A stretch of DNA of 64,000 nucleotides from Candidatus Eiseniibacteriota bacterium (GTDB taxonomy: Bacteria > Eisenbacteria > RBG-16-71-46). The position numbers and the translations under genes are program-made. Numbering within the stretch: position 1 is the stretch's first letter; each line of letters opens with the position of its first letter. The stretch spans positions 143,607-207,606 of the forward strand of contig JBGAML010000007.1 in the NCBI GenBank assembly GCA_044223005.1. The letters are read 5' to 3'. Below, piece after piece: positions 47,826-58,451 of the stretch. Below the pieces are notes generated by a model. That model worked only from the letters and a program-made list of their open reading frames with translations, was not told the origin of the DNA and ran no database searches.

Positions 47826-48335
47826 GTGATGCTTGAGCCAGCGATCAAATGGTTAGGCGAGAACTGGGGCAATGCGGCGAGCGTCCTGGGGCTCGGTGTC
47901 AGTCTAGCGACCCTCTTCATTTCTCAGGGAGCAAGGCGGGCGGCTGAGGCAGCAGTCCGTTCGGCCGAATTTCGCACACTCGCAACTGAACTTCGCGGTG
48001 TCGCGGACGATTTGCGTTCTGCTCAGACCTACTGTGAGGAGAGGCGTTGGGATCTCTCCAGACACTATTGCAGGCGAGCAGCGCAGGACTTGAGCTTCGC
48101 CCGTGAACGGTGGGCGACTCATCTTGACGAAGGCGCAACCTCTGAGCTCGCCATGGTGTCAGCCCAGCTCCGCACTGCTCAGGAACAACTTCGACGGTTC
48201 GGGAGAGATGCGGAGCCATCTGTGAGACAGGTGGACCTACTGTCCCGGGCGCTAACTACACTTAATGAAGCGATGGCCAGACAGATTGGCCGCCACGAAT
48301 CGCACGAAGTGGCCGAGGATGGAGACAACAAATGA
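47826..48335 (+). CDS. Hypothetical protein with N-terminal TM and helical domain
   Basis: 169-aa ORF, hydrophobic N-terminus, ATGA overlap with the next gene. Confidence 0.65.
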   Translation: MMLEPAIKWLGENWGNAASVLGLGVSLATLFISQGARRAAEAAVRSAEFRTLATELRGVADDLRSAQTYCEERRWDLSRHYCRRAAQDLSFARERWATHLDEGATSELAMVSAQLRTAQEQLRRFGRDAEPSVRQVDLLSRALTTLNEAMARQIGRHESHEVAEDGDNK

Positions 48336-48751
48336 ACTCCGCGAAGACCAGTCAGCTAACCGAGTTCTTTGAGCAGGTGCTCATCGCGACTCGTAAGCGA
48401 TCCCTCGATTGGACTGAGACGGCCCAGGAGGGGTGCTATTTGGCATCGCTGGGTAACGATCTTGCGGTACAGATAGAGCTAATTCCTGATCTTGACATGC
48501 GCGGTGAAGATCCGGATCACAAGGTGACATTGTTTCGAGGCAGCGTGCCCGTGATGGAACTAACCAGAGAGGACGTCGAGGCCACCTACCTCGCGCGATT
48601 GGGTAGTCCACACCCGTACGTGTTGTTTAAGGAGGTGTGGGAGCGCGCCCAAATGCGATCTACTCAGCTGGACACCACTCTAGGCGAGGCAACGGCTCTG
48701 CTCAAGAAGCGGGCCGCAAGTGGTAATCAGGGCGCAGATTCTACGGATTGA
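48332..48751 (+). CDS. Hypothetical protein
   Basis: 139-aa ORF, GGAG SD, coupled to the upstream ORF. Confidence 0.65.
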   Translation: MNSAKTSQLTEFFEQVLIATRKRSLDWTETAQEGCYLASLGNDLAVQIELIPDLDMRGEDPDHKVTLFRGSVPVMELTREDVEATYLARLGSPHPYVLFKEVWERAQMRSTQLDTTLGEATALLKKRAASGNQGADSTD

Positions 48752-48759
48752 GTGTGTGG

Positions 48760-49035
48760 CCGACTCACTCCCGGCTCTTGGTTCACATTGCGATGCCAGT
48801 CTCTGCGACTTGATGTACTTGGCGTGGCGCTGAGCGCTCTCGTTCGGCGCCCGGTTGCCCAACGCGGTGGGTGGCCGACCCTCATTGTAGTCGAGTTGAT
48901 GTACCGTGACCGCGTCCTGAGCCTCCCCCACCGTGTCCCACCAGTGCAGATTGAGCTGCTCATCGCACATCCTCCCATTGTGGCTCTAGATGATCGCGTA
49001 CTTGATCGGCTTGCCAGGCTGGATGAACTCGAGGC
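48760..49035 (-). pseudogene. IS3-family OrfB C-terminal remnant
   Basis: LEFIQPGKP..(stop)..NGRMCDEQLNLHW..DYNEGRP..ALG; truncated by the neighbouring IS end. Confidence 0.75.
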
Positions 49036-49713
49036 TGAACCGCGGCGGGATTCCCCGAGGCTCCATTCCTTGAGAGGATGGGGGCATGGCGAGACCGAGC
49101 AGGTTCTCCCCAGAGGCTCGGGAGCGGGTGGTGCGGATGGTTCTGGAGGATCGCGAGCAGTACGGGACCCAGTGGGCGGCGATCACCTCGATTGCCGAGA
49201 AGATCGGCTGCGCGGCCGAGACGCTGCGTAGGTGGGTACGACAGGCGGAGCGCGATGTGGGCACTCGACCCGGATTGACGACCGACGAGCGCGCCCGTCG
49301 CAAGCAGCTTGAGCGCGAGAACCTCGAGTTGCGGCGCGCAAACGAGATCCTGAAGAAGGCGTCAGCGCATTTCGCCTAGGCGGAGCTCCACCGCGGAGCG
49401 AAGCGATGGCGCGGTTCATCGATGAACACCGCGAGCAGCGGGGCATCGCGATGCGCCACATTCAACCGGGCAACCCCGACCAGAACGCCTACATCGAGTG
49501 GTACAACCGCAGCTTCCGGAAGGAAGTGCTCGACGCCTACGTGTTCGGCTCGATCGACGAAGTGATCGCGATCGCGGAGGAAGGGCTGGAGGTCTACGAC
49601 AGCGAGCGGCTCCATGACAGCCTCGGCCAGGTGCCGCCGCGAATGTTCCCGCCGAGGTCGAATCAGCCCCGGGAGTCCAGCTTCGAGCTGTCCACTTGAC
49701 GGGGACGCTTACG
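49036..49713 (+). mobile_element. Defective chimeric IS3-family element
   Basis: Left end TGAACCGCGGCGGGATTCCCCG; OrfA 49086-49379 (FSPEARERVVR..ELRRANEILK) with premature TAG; OrfB start fused to integrase tail IQPGNPDQNAYIE; right end TTGACGGGGACGCTTACG. Confidence 0.85.
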
Positions 49714-49940
49714 CCTCACCTCCCTAGAAGGCCGCTGCGACGTCTTCACGCTCTGCCACATGACGGGCTATGGCGACGTCAAGACGGCGACGATTCACAC
49801 CGTCGCCAGCGTTCAGGACCCGCGCGCACGGAGCTCTAGATACTCGAGGCAAGGGGGCTCGGCTTGCCGCCTTCACGCCTCAGCCTCGCCCATGTGCGCG
49901 CTCGTGCGGTGCTGCCGACGACTGCAGCATTGGGTGCGGG

Positions 49941-50870
49941 CTATGGCCTTCGTTTGCGACCCCGCCGGCGCCGATTCCCTTCGAGGCCAACCTCTCGACG
50001 CAATCCTGTAGCCCGTGAATCCAAGGGTTCGCGTTTCGAAGTCTCGACGTCCTTGCGAATGGCCGTTGCGTTGACGAATAGGCCTATGAGTATCACACCA
50101 AATACGGCTTCACCTCCTGCAAGGGCCCGAGCAACATCAGTAAGTGGCACGATATCACCGTATCCCACCGTCGTAGCTGTCATGGCGCTGAAGTACAACA
50201 TCCGCCAGATGCTGTGGGTGCCGTAGCCTGCAGCGCCATTCTGTTCCCGGGCAAACCTAGCAACCACACGCCACGTGCTGTCGGGCGCGCTGTACCACTT
50301 GGGGTCGCTAGTCAGCATTGCAATGGTAACACTGCGAGCCAGTGGCGATTGCGATCTCATGGGGTGGCGATACCACGACAGGTCATCCCACCGAGACGCG
50401 GCCTGCACCGAATCTATGCGCATGTACGTAGCTATATTGAGAGGACCAGACGGATATATGTGTACAGTGGCTGTAAACTCGGGGACGTCGTCACTTGTGA
50501 TATAGGTATTGCCTTCGACACGGCCTGGCATCCTGATGTGCACATGCATCTCGGCGGTGCACAGCGTATCGTGCGCAGTTTCAAGATAGCCCAGCGTGAT
50601 GTCGGAGACGTCGCATCGCGACCAATGTAGACGCAGATGAGCGCCAACACTCTGAACGGCGCCACTGGAATCAGGCATGAAGCGGGTAAGCGTGCTCTCG
50701 GCGAGAGCGCTCACCAATCGGAATGCGCGATCCTGATCACGACGGTAGCTAGCCTCAAGATGAGCCGAGGAATGATAAAACGCTCCTGGCATAGTGGAAT
50801 AGACGAGCGCCATGGCCGGGATCATCACGAGATAGCAGGTAGCCCACACGTGTACTCCAAAACGTCGCAC
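49941..50870 (-). CDS. 2TM potassium-channel-family protein with large inserted loop
   Basis: [18 protein letters not shown] pore/filter followed by a TM; start uncertain (ORF open to 51266; TATACT at 51013-51018 favours a start below 51000). Confidence 0.75.
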   Translation of the reverse strand: MRRFGVHVWATCYLVMIPAMALVYSTMPGAFYHSSAHLEASYRRDQDRAFRLVSALAESTLTRFMPDSSGAVQSVGAHLRLHWSRCDVSDITLGYLETAHDTLCTAEMHVHIRMPGRVEGNTYITSDDVPEFTATVHIYPSGPLNIATYMRIDSVQAASRWDDLSWYRHPMRSQSPLARSVTIAMLTSDPKWYSAPDSTWRVVARFAREQNGAAGYGTHSIWRMLYFSAMTATTVGYGDIVPLTDVARALAGGEAVFGVILIGLFVNATAIRKDVETSKREPLDSRATGLRREVGLEGNRRRRGRKRRP

Positions 50871-51502
50871 TAGACACCTCGCAAGCCAATCAACTGGACA
50901 GCTGTCACGTCTGACATCTGTGAGCCATTGCAAACTGGAGTGTGCGTGCCACTGGCCGGCTCCCCAACTGTGGCGCAGGTCATGATGCCAGCCTCTGCAG
51001 GTTGAGGGTTGCAGTATAGCGCCGGGCGAACGCGCTCGGCGTCTTGTTGTTGGGGGTACTGTGCGGCCTGACCTCATTGAAGTCCTGCCCTGTGCGCGTC
51101 GACCCCGTCTCGAGCCTCCGTGATGCTCCGCCACCAGTGCTGGTTCAGCTGGAGCGCTCCCCGATCCTGTCGGCGCGGGCCATGGCGGGACGCCAGGTCC
51201 TAGGCCGCTACCCGAACGCTCCAGCGTCGGGTAGCGCACCAACGCGGGAGCCCTGATGAATGCCATGGGCGCCCTCTACGCTTTCAGGGCCGCTTTGTCC
51301 GGAGATCTCCCACCACATTCAGATCAGGCTTGGTCAGCCTGCGTCTCGGACGCGGAGCCGTAGGCGGCCCAAACACATTCTTCGCGCAGTTGGGGCATGC
51401 GTGGAAGCTCGTGTAGAAGGCTTGACCCCGCAGCGAGCTCGGGGATAGCGTGAGCTGGCTCAATCCAAGTCGGCTTGAGGTCTACTGGCGGGGGATCGGC
51501 CG

Positions 51503-54500
51503 GTGCCACGGATCTTCGATAACATCGCCCAAGAGCTGCTTCCGGCGCTAAAGAACACCTTCAATGGCTCAACGCGCGCCGACTTCTGTATTGGCTACTT
51601 CAACCTGCGCGGCTGGAAGCTCCTGGATGAACACGTTGAGGCCTGGTCAGTGGATCACGGTCCTTGCCGCCTGCTTGTGGGGATGCAAAAGCTGCCCCAC
51701 GACGAGCTCCGTGAATGGCTAAGCCTCGTCGCCGAACGCGGCGGGGTTGACAACCAGACCGCGCTGCGAATCAAGAAGCGTATGGCGGAGGAGTTCCGCC
51801 AGCAGCTGGCAATGGGTGCTCCCAGCAACGCTGATGAGGTAGCACTGCGTCGACTGGCCGGCCAGATCCGGACGAAAAAGGTTGTCGTAAAGCTCTTCCT
51901 GCGGCATCCACTGCACGCAAAGCTCTATCTTCTCTTCCGGCCCGACTCTGACAGCCCGATCGTGAGCTACCTTGGGAGCAGCAATCTCACGTTCTCAGGT
52001 CTTTCTGGGCAAGGCGAGCTCAACGTAGACGTCTTGGATCACGACGCGTGCGACAAGCTGGCGCGGTGGTTTGAGGACCGGTGGAATGACTCGCTCTGCC
52101 TCGACATCTCCGAGGAACTCGCTGCGCTGATCGACCAGAGCTGGGCGCGCGAAGAACTCATCCCCCCCTACCACATCTACGTGAAGATGGCCTACCACCT
52201 CTCGCGCGAGGCCATCGCGGGGCTAAACGAGTTCACGATCCCGAAGGAGTTTGGTCAGAAGCTGTTCGGGTTTCAGACGGCCGCGGTCAAGATCGCCGCC
52301 CATCACCTGAACAAACGCAACGGCGTGCTCATCGGAGACGTGGTCGGGCTTGGCAAGACCCTCATGGCCGCGGCGCTTGCCCGGATCTTCGAAGACGACC
52401 AGTTCCTTGAGACGCTGATCCTGTGCCCCAAGAACCTCGTTCCGATGTGGGAAGACTACCGGACCCGATACGGGCTTCGGGGCACGGTGCTCTCGACCAG
52501 CCGGGTGACCCAGGAGCTTCCGACTCTGAAGCGCTACAGACTTGTGCTCGTCGACGAAAGCCACAACCTGCGAAACCGCGAGGGCAAGCGTTACCGGGCC
52601 ATCCAGGAGTACATCCAGGCGAACGAGAGCAAGTGCATCCTGCTTTCGGCGACGCCTTACAACAAGACCTACCTGGACCTCTCGAACCAGCTGAGGCTCT
52701 TCCTCAACGAGGATCAAGAGCTTTCGATCCGGCCCGAGGTCCTGCTGCGAGAGCTCGGCGAGACAGAGTTCATCCGCCGTCACCAGTGCCGCATCCGTTC
52801 GCTGGCCGCCTTTGAGAAGAGCGAGCACCCGGACGACTGGCGCGACTTGATGCGACTCTATCTTGTTCGGCGCACGCGAAGCTTCATCCAAGACAACTAC
52901 GCCGCAGTCGATCCGGCCACAGGGCGCCGATTCCTGACCTTTGAAGATGGGTCAAAGTCCTACTTCCCTGCGCGCGAGCCCAAGACGGTCAAGTTCAAGC
53001 TTGACGAGAAGGGCGCCACGGACCAGTACGCCCGCCTCTTTTCCCAGCCCGTGGTGGACACGATCAATGGACTGAATCTCCCGCGGTACGGGCTCGGGAA
53101 CTACGTTGCGGCAAGTCCACACAAGGCCCCCACGGCCGCTGAGGCAAAGGTCCTCCAGGACCTGTCCCGCGCCGGGAGGCGGCTGATGGGCTTCTGCCGG
53201 ACTAACCTGTTCAAGCGGCTGGAGAGTAGCGGAGCCGCCTTCGTCCAGTCCGTTGAAAGGCACATCCTGAGGAACTACGTCTACCTGCACGCGATCGACA
53301 GCACCCTCGCGCTGCCGCTTGGAACACAAGACGCCGAGTCTTTGGATCCACGCTTCTGCGATGAGGACGTGAGCGAAGGGCGCGGCAGCCTGTTTGAAGA
53401 TGATGACGATGCCGGGGGGGGAGAAGGAAAGCGCGGCTCACTCAGGGATGAGGCTTCATTCCAACGGCTGGCGGCGACGACATACGCTGGATATGCAAAG
53501 GAGCACCCGAAACGATTCCGCTGGCTCGGCCCCCACCTCTTCATCAAGGAGCTTGCCGACGACCTTAGAAGCGATGCGGCCGCCCTGCTGAAGATCCTGA
53601 AGGACATTGGCCAGTGGAACTCGCAAGCGGATGCAAAGCTCGAAGCGCTCCACCGGCTCGTCTCCACAAAGCACGGCAAGGAGAAGGTGCTGATCTTCTC
53701 CCAGTTCGCTGACACCGTGCGCTACGTCGTCGACGAGCTAACCGCCCGAGGCGTCAAGGGTGTGGCCGGCGCGACCGGCGACGTCGAGGACCCGACGGCA
53801 CTCGCGTGGCGATTCAGCCCGGTCAGCAACGACAAGCGCCAGCGTGTCGCGCCAAGCGATGAGCTCCGGGTGCTGGTTGCCACAGACGTGCTCAGCGAAG
53901 GCCAGAACCTCCAGGATGCGGCAATCGTGGTCAACTTCGACCTGCCCTGGGCCATCATCCGTCTGATCCAGCGGGCCGGCCGCGTCGATCGAATCGGGCA
54001 GCACTCGGAGAAGATCCTCTGCTACTCGTTCCTCCCCGCAGAAGGTGTTGAGCGGATCATCCGACTGCGCGCACGAGTCCGCGTCCGGCTCAAGCAGAAC
54101 GCCGAGGTGGTCGGGACGGACGAGACGTTCTTTGAGGATGATTCCAGCGACCAGACGATTTTGAACCTTTACAACGAGAAGGCCGGGATCCTCGATGGCG
54201 ACATCGACGGTGAAGTCGATCTCGCTTCCTACGCCTACCAGATCTGGAAGAACGCGGTGGACGCTGACCCCGGCCTTGAGAAGGTCGTCGCGGACTTACC
54301 GGACGTCGTCTACTCCACGCGGCACCATCAGGGAACCCCAAAGGCCCCGGAGGGTGTCCTTGTGTACCTGCGCACGGCCGACGACAACGATGCTCTGGCG
54401 TACGTGGACACCGCAGGCAAGAGCATCACGGAGTCGCAGTTCGAGATCCTGAAGATCGCCGAGTGCCTCCCCGGAACTCCGGCCACGGCGCGGTCCGACA

Positions 54501-54886
54501 AGCACCATGGCCTCGTCCAAGAAGGCGTGAAGCACATTGTCCGCGAAGAGCGGCGGGTTGGGGGGCAGCTCGGCAGGCCCAGCGGGGCACGATTCCGCAC
54601 CTACGAGCGGCTGAAGCGATACGTGAACGACATGAAGGGGACCCTCTTCGAGAGCGCCGAGCTTCTGCGGGCGATCGATGACGTCTACCGGTATCCGCTG
54701 AGACAGTCGGCCATCGACACTCTGAACAGGCAGCTCAAGAGCGGCATCGGTGACTCGGCTTTGGCATCGCTCGTGATGGCCCTCCGCCAGGAGAACCGGC
54801 TGTGCCACGTCGAGGATGACCCGGAAGGCAACGAGCCCCGAATCATCTGCTCCCTTGGGCTCTTCGCCGGGGAAGGGGGGCGGTGA
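51503..54886 (+). CDS. PLD-nuclease/SNF2 helicase fusion
   Basis: HAKLY..GSSNLT..ELN (PLD); GDVVGLGKT, DESH, SATPYN, FSQFADT, SEGQNLQ, QRAGRVDRIGQ. Confidence 0.92.
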   Translation: MPRIFDNIAQELLPALKNTFNGSTRADFCIGYFNLRGWKLLDEHVEAWSVDHGPCRLLVGMQKLPHDELREWLSLVAERGGVDNQTALRIKKRMAEEFRQQLAMGAPSNADEVALRRLAGQIRTKKVVVKLFLRHPLHAKLYLLFRPDSDSPIVSYLGSSNLTFSGLSGQGELNVDVLDHDACDKLARWFEDRWNDSLCLDISEELAALIDQSWAREELIPPYHIYVKMAYHLSREAIAGLNEFTIPKEFGQKLFGFQTAAVKIAAHHLNKRNGVLIGDVVGLGKTLMAAALARIFEDDQFLETLILCPKNLVPMWEDYRTRYGLRGTVLSTSRVTQELPTLKRYRLVLVDESHNLRNREGKRYRAIQEYIQANESKCILLSATPYNKTYLDLSNQLRLFLNEDQELSIRPEVLLRELGETEFIRRHQCRIRSLAAFEKSEHPDDWRDLMRLYLVRRTRSFIQDNYAAVDPATGRRFLTFEDGSKSYFPAREPKTVKFKLDEKGATDQYARLFSQPVVDTINGLNLPRYGLGNYVAASPHKAPTAAEAKVLQDLSRAGRRLMGFCRTNLFKRLESSGAAFVQSVERHILRNYVYLHAIDSTLALPLGTQDAESLDPRFCDEDVSEGRGSLFEDDDDAGGGEGKRGSLRDEASFQRLAATTYAGYAKEHPKRFRWLGPHLFIKELADDLRSDAAALLKILKDIGQWNSQADAKLEALHRLVSTKHGKEKVLIFSQFADTVRYVVDELTARGVKGVAGATGDVEDPTALAWRFSPVSNDKRQRVAPSDELRVLVATDVLSEGQNLQDAAIVVNFDLPWAIIRLIQRAGRVDRIGQHSEKILCYSFLPAEGVERIIRLRARVRVRLKQNAEVVGTDETFFEDDSSDQTILNLYNEKAGILDGDIDGEVDLASYAYQIWKNAVDADPGLEKVVADLPDVVYSTRHHQGTPKAPEGVLVYLRTADDNDALAYVDTAGKSITESQFEILKIAECLPGTPATARSDKHHGLVQEGVKHIVREERRVGGQLGRPSGARFRTYERLKRYVNDMKGTLFESAELLRAIDDVYRYPLRQSAIDTLNRQLKSGIGDSALASLVMALRQENRLCHVEDDPEGNEPRIICSLGLFAGEGGR

Positions 54887-54888
54887 GG

Positions 54889-57800
54889 ATGGCTGTGAAC
54901 CTGGAGGGGGTCAGGCGGCGACTCAGGGCATTTGATTTCCCTGGGCTTTTGGTCGAGGAACTTGGCTGGAACCACTACCGCGGTGCGAAGCTTGAGGTGA
55001 GGGAGGGAGAGGACAGCTTCCGACTTTTCCCAGTAGCCGAGAAGTGCGGCTTTGTTGTCTTCACCTGCTCTGCTGGGCCCGATGGGCAGATTCCGAGTTA
55101 CCCCGTGCGCCGGAGAATCGAGCGCACCGTCGCCGGCTCGGCCTTCGAGCATGCCGTGGTCTTCGTCGACGGAGCAAAGACCGCCCAAGTGTGGCAGTGG
55201 GTAAGCAGGGAAGCCGGGCGCAGGGCCGCATTTAGAGAGCATCCCTACCGCGCGGGGCAAACCGGCGAGGCTCTTGTCCAGAAGCTCAGCGGGTTGACGT
55301 TCTCGCTCGCTGAGGAAGAGAGCCTGAGCATTGCTGTCGTTGCGAACCGCGTCCGCAAGGCTCTTGACGTCGAGCGCGTCACTAAGAAGTTCTACGAGCG
55401 CTTCAAGACCGAACACGCGGCCTTCCTGGGGAAGATCGAAGGGCTTGGAACGAAAGGTGATCGGTCCTGGTACGCCTCGCTCATGCTCAACAGGATGATG
55501 TTCGTGTACTTCATCCAGAAGCGGGGCTTCCTCGACGGCGACCTCGACTACCTTCGGAACAAGCTCCGTGCCGTCCAGACGGCCGCCGGAAGGAACCGGT
55601 TCCATGACTTCTACAGGGTGTTCCTGTTGCGGTTGTTCCACGAGGGCTTCTCGGTTCCGGAGTCAGAGCGCGCGGCCGAGCTGAACAAGCTGATCGGTCG
55701 GGTCCCTTATCTGAACGGCGGGTTGTTCGACGTACACGAGCTTGAGCAAGCGGGTGAGGGCATCAAGATCCCGGACGCCGCCTTTGCCGCCGTATTCGAC
55801 TTCTTCGACGCCTACACTTGGCACTTGGACGAGCGGCCGACCAGGGCGGACAACGAGATCAACCCCGACGTCTTGGGCTACATCTTCGAGAAGTACATCA
55901 ATCAGAAGGAGATGGGGGCCTACTACACCAAGGAAGACATCACAAGCTACATCTGCCGCAACGCAATCGTGCCAGTGCTCTTTGATCTTGCGAGAAGCGA
56001 GTGCCCGATCGCCTTCGAGCCTGACGGGGGCGTCTGGAGGCTGCTCAAGGACAACCCGGACCGCTACATACCGTCACGCATGCTTCAGGGTGTGGACGCG
56101 CAACTCCCCCCGGCAATAGCTGCTGGTCTCAAAGACCCTGGAGCTCGCGAGGACTGGAGTCAGCTCGCTTCTGAGGAACTCGGGCTTCCTGCTGAGACGT
56201 GGCGCGAATGCGTGGCTCGCCGACAGCGAGTGCACCAGATCCGGAATGAGCTACGCAGCGGTGTGGTGAACACCCCGGACGACCTCATAACGCGGAACCT
56301 CGATCTCGCGCTCTTTGCGAAGGACGTGATCACGCAGAGCGAGGGACCCGAGCTCGTGAAAGCGTTCTGGCGGGCGATTGAGCAGGTGTCCGTGCTTGAT
56401 CCGACCTGCGGGTCCGGGGCGTTCTTGTTTGCTGCGCTCATGACGCTTGAGCCGCTCTATCTCGCGTGCCTTGAGGGGATGCAGGGGTTCCTCGATGACG
56501 TCGAGCGCTCGCAGCGCGATGCTCCCGCGGAGCGGCTTAGCAGCTTCCGAGAAGTACTCCGAGAGGTGGACGATCACCCCAACCGCGAGTACTTCGTGAT
56601 GAAGTCGATCGTCGTGAAAAACCTTTATGGCGTCGACATCATGGAAGAGGCTGTCGAGATCTGTAAGCTCAGGCTATTCCTGAAGATGGTGGCCCAAGTC
56701 GAGTCGGCCGATCAGATCGAGCCGTTGCCGGATATCGACTTCAACATCAGGACCGGGAACACGCTGGTTGGCTATGCCGCGGTCGAAGAGGTGCGCAAGT
56801 CCGTTGAGGGCACTCTTGGCTTCGAGAAGCAAGCCGTTGCGAAGATCGAATCCCAGGCACAAGAGGCAGCGGGGACATTTCGAGAGTTTCAAGAGCTTCA
56901 GACTCGCAAGGGATTGAGAGGGCGGGACCTCGCACGGTTGAAGGCGAAAACCCTGAAGACCCTCGACGACCTGCGAGCGAGGCTGGACCACCACTTGGCT
57001 GTCGAGAACGGCGTGGACATTCGGAAGCCCGCAACCGTCGAAGCGTGGCGGCAGCAACACAAGCCGTTCCACTGGTTCGTCGAGTTTCACCGCTTGATGG
57101 TGCAGGGCGGGTTCCGGGTGATCATCGGCAATCCACCGTATCTGGAGGTTCGGCAGATTGACTATCAGCCTGGCGCGTTCGTCAGCAAGGACACGGCAGC
57201 GGTTCACGCGATGTGCGTGGAACGCAGCTTGCAGCTACTGAATCCTGCGGGCCGCGTGAGCATGATTGTGCCTTTGTCGCTTGTGTCGACGCAGCGCATG
57301 CAGGTCGTCCAGCAGATGCTGGAGAGGGGGAGAAGTTGCTGGTACGCGAACTTCTCCTGGAGGCCCGGCAAGCTGTTCGACACGGTGAACCGCGCCCTGA
57401 CGATCTTTGTCGCAGGCGCCGCGGAATCGCCGAAGACCTTCACGTCTGAGTACCGTAAGTGGTACGCGGAGCACCGTGACGACCTGATGCCAACGCTGGC
57501 GTTCGTGGAGTGTGCGCGCGAACGAAAGGAATGCTGGGTCCCAAAGCTCGGCCATGGCATCGAGCGCGACATCCTTGAGAAGTGCCTGAAGTACGGCCGG
57601 CCGTTCGAGAGCGCGATGGGACGATCGGCGCACAACGTGTTCTATAGAACGACAGGCGGCCTCTACTGGAAGGTATTCACGGACTTTGCACCGGCCTTCA
57701 AGTTGAACGGGCGGGCAGGCCATTCAACGAGAGAGACGTGGTTCAGCCTAAAGGAGGAAGCGGCCGTGCAGGCGGCGGTGGCGCTTCTGAGCAGTGATGT

Positions 57801-58143
57801 CTTCTGGTGGTGGTACACGATCACGTCAAACTGTCGCGACTTGAACCCCTACGATCTCAAGCAGTTCCCTGTGCCCCCGGACGTCCTGAAGGACCGCAAG
57901 GTTGCGGCATTGGGCAAGAAGTACTTGGACGACCTGCGCAAGAACAGCACGATGCTGGTCCGCAACCAGAAGCAGACCGGGCGGACCGAGACGCAGTCAT
58001 TCAAGATCCAGAAGTCGAAGGCCATCATCGACGCGATCGATGCAGCCTTGGCGCCCCACTACGGGTTCACGGCGGAAGAATTGAACTTCGTCACGAACTA
58101 CGACCTGAAGTTCCGTCTGGGCGCGGAGGAGGCGGAAGAGTAG
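54889..58143 (+). CDS. Large Eco57I/Type IIG-like amino (probably N6-adenine) DNA methyltransferase
   Basis: LNGGLF, GYIFEKY..GAYYT, DPTCGSGAF (motif I), YGVDI, GNPPY (motif IV), C-terminal TRD-like region. Confidence 0.92.
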   Translation: MAVNLEGVRRRLRAFDFPGLLVEELGWNHYRGAKLEVREGEDSFRLFPVAEKCGFVVFTCSAGPDGQIPSYPVRRRIERTVAGSAFEHAVVFVDGAKTAQVWQWVSREAGRRAAFREHPYRAGQTGEALVQKLSGLTFSLAEEESLSIAVVANRVRKALDVERVTKKFYERFKTEHAAFLGKIEGLGTKGDRSWYASLMLNRMMFVYFIQKRGFLDGDLDYLRNKLRAVQTAAGRNRFHDFYRVFLLRLFHEGFSVPESERAAELNKLIGRVPYLNGGLFDVHELEQAGEGIKIPDAAFAAVFDFFDAYTWHLDERPTRADNEINPDVLGYIFEKYINQKEMGAYYTKEDITSYICRNAIVPVLFDLARSECPIAFEPDGGVWRLLKDNPDRYIPSRMLQGVDAQLPPAIAAGLKDPGAREDWSQLASEELGLPAETWRECVARRQRVHQIRNELRSGVVNTPDDLITRNLDLALFAKDVITQSEGPELVKAFWRAIEQVSVLDPTCGSGAFLFAALMTLEPLYLACLEGMQGFLDDVERSQRDAPAERLSSFREVLREVDDHPNREYFVMKSIVVKNLYGVDIMEEAVEICKLRLFLKMVAQVESADQIEPLPDIDFNIRTGNTLVGYAAVEEVRKSVEGTLGFEKQAVAKIESQAQEAAGTFREFQELQTRKGLRGRDLARLKAKTLKTLDDLRARLDHHLAVENGVDIRKPATVEAWRQQHKPFHWFVEFHRLMVQGGFRVIIGNPPYLEVRQIDYQPGAFVSKDTAAVHAMCVERSLQLLNPAGRVSMIVPLSLVSTQRMQVVQQMLERGRSCWYANFSWRPGKLFDTVNRALTIFVAGAAESPKTFTSEYRKWYAEHRDDLMPTLAFVECARERKECWVPKLGHGIERDILEKCLKYGRPFESAMGRSAHNVFYRTTGGLYWKVFTDFAPAFKLNGRAGHSTRETWFSLKEEAAVQAAVALLSSDVFWWWYTITSNCRDLNPYDLKQFPVPPDVLKDRKVAALGKKYLDDLRKNSTMLVRNQKQTGRTETQSFKIQKSKAIIDAIDAALAPHYGFTAEELNFVTNYDLKFRLGAEEAEE

Positions 58144-58451
58144 TTCGCCCGGTGACTGTGTGAATCAGAAATTCGCAAAAGAGCCAGCCGCCTTCTCCGG
58201 ACTCAGGCCAAGCGGGCATGCCGCAAGTTTCCCCGTCGGGTATACAACTCGAAGCTCTGCTGGGGGGCAGTGGACACCTCGGCGCCTGATCTAGCGAGCC
58301 ACCTCGAACTGCCCGGGGGTGAGGTTGCGATCTGTCTGTGACGGCAGGAGCGAGCCAACCCTCTTGAGTAGGACGCCGGGCCGAGTGATAACCTGCCGGT
58401 ATTCAGCCGCACGGGGTTGGCAAACGGTAGGCCAAACTTTCGGAGCCGCCC

